From: Candidatus Poribacteria bacterium
Lineage (GTDB): Bacteria > Poribacteria > WGA-4E > WGA-3G
Direction: 5' to 3'
Length of the DNA: 64,000 nucleotides
Assembly (NCBI GenBank): GCA_964291315.2
Contig: OZ219753.1
Coordinates: 1 to 64,000 of the forward strand
How positions within the stretch are numbered: the first letter of the stretch is position 1; every line of letters starts with the position of its first letter. The notes under the pieces are model-generated. The model had not been told where the DNA came from, searched no databases, and saw only the letters and a list, made by a program, of their open reading frames with translations. The position numbers and the translations under genes were made by a program. Positions 62,989-64,000 of the stretch are shown piece after piece.

Positions 62989-63017
62989 ATTATACCTTAA
63001 GTTGTTAGGTATGTCAA
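62989..63017 (-). promoter_or_regulatory. Consensus sigma70 promoter
   Basis: TTGACA-17 bp-TATAAT on the minus strand. Confidence 0.8.
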
Positions 63018-63300
63018 ATATTTTTTACTAAAGGAGTGGGGTATCGCTATTTGGCACTCAACTTTTTGGGTGTTTGTATAAGCGAGTTGCTTTGGTATCT
63101 CTATTTAGGTTGCGGGATATATTGGTGTGTGTTAGGTTGTATCTAGAGGTAGGTTCTGTGTTAAGTAGAAAAGCAACTTGACATATCGTCTGATTTTCTA
63201 TAAAAAGGGTGAGTTTTATAATTGTTGGGCATATCTTTCTCACGTCATAAGACAAGGAGGGTGCATGATACGTTTAAATGAGATCAGGCACGAGAATGGC

Positions 63301-63340
63301 TTAACGGTGGGGGGACACTTAAATGTCCCCCCACCGTTAA
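63301..63340 (-). terminator. Hairpin identical to the one at 59707
   Basis: TTAACGGTGGGGGGACA / TGTCCCCCCACCGTTAA. Confidence 0.85.
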
Positions 63341-63368
63341 GGTTGTCTCTGTGTAATGGTTGTGTCTG

Positions 63369-64000
63369 CTATTTGTTAGACGATTTGAGCTCCCCCCATC
63401 GGGTTGTGAGCTTACTATTCGCAGAGACGTTCCCGCGCAGGTGCGTCGTCCTGAGCGTTGTGCGCACGCCATTCATAGCGACGTCTTGTATCTGATAGTA
63501 ATAGACGACGTTGGGTTTCGCGGTGGTATCTGTGTAGGTATAGACGTGCTTCTCGGATGTTGTGCCGTGTCCTGCGATCAGTCCTTTTGTGTTAATCACT
63601 TGGAACTCGCCGTTTTTGTTTTCGCTGCGCAGGATGTTGAATCCTGCGTTGTTGAGTTCGGCCTGCGTTATCCAAGTAATCTCGACGTGTCCTGTTGCGG
63701 TGTTGCGCACTGGGCGGAAGCTGGAGAGCGAGACGGGTAGGGGTCCGCCGAGGCGGTAGCCGGGAGTGCTGATATCGTCTCGGTGTCCGTAGTAGGTCAC
63801 GGATGCGCCGACCTGCTTAGACTGCATCCAGGCGTTTTCCATTAGTCCGTCTTTAGCGTCATGGGGTCCAGCGCCCATTGCCTTCTTGCTTGCTTCGTTG
63901 AAGATAGCGCCATAGGTTCTGATGATAGACTTTCGGCTGTCGCCGGATGCGGGCAGTTCCCATTCGTGTGTTTGCACTGCGCCGTCTATTTTAAGGTTGC
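63369..64000 (-). CDS. 3' end of a paralogous lamin-tail surface protein (5' end outside the window)
   Basis: Near-identical to about 59788-60419; frame is open to the window edge. Confidence 0.9.
   Translation of the reverse strand, partial: NLKIDGAVQTHEWELPASGDSRKSIIRTYGAIFNEASKKAMGAGPHDAKDGLMENAWMQSKQVGASVTYYGHRDDISTPGYRLGGPLPVSLSSFRPVRNTATGHVEITWITQAELNNAGFNILRSENKNGEFQVINTKGLIAGHGTTSEKHVYTYTDTTAKPNVVYYYQIQDVAMNGVRTTLRTTHLRGNVSANSKLTTRWGELKSSNK

Overview
A bacterial chromosome segment, most likely Candidatus Poribacteria (inferred from the C-terminal 'KL[AT]TxWGxxK' motifs, lamin-tail proteins and the TPR/CRTAC1-rich gene content). The intact backbone includes selA, an AddA-like helicase, pyrB (fused to a PyrI Zn domain), pyrD, aroC, infC-rpmI-rplT, T-box-pheST, menG, mqnP and recQ. 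It is interrupted by accessory cassettes that are duplicated and decaying. The strongest candidate for an undescribed system lies at 25.4-33.6 kb. There an ECF sigma factor precedes small membrane-anchored Cys/His (Zn-finger-like) proteins that sit beside a GT-C/GT2/flippase-like glycosylation trio. The promoter-plus-small-gene unit occurs three times, and two copies are near-identical except for one hypervariable patch on a fixed Cys/His scaffold. Other notable items: a split-CHAD + ROK kinase + VTC-like candidate polyphosphate locus; an Rpn-family gene with a candidate intragenic antitoxin start, duplicated with reciprocal gene loss; a tandem Hfq/Sm protein; a solitary HEPN-DUF499 ATPase; and a recurring 5'-leader hairpin. 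All family calls come from motif recognition by eye; no database searches were run.
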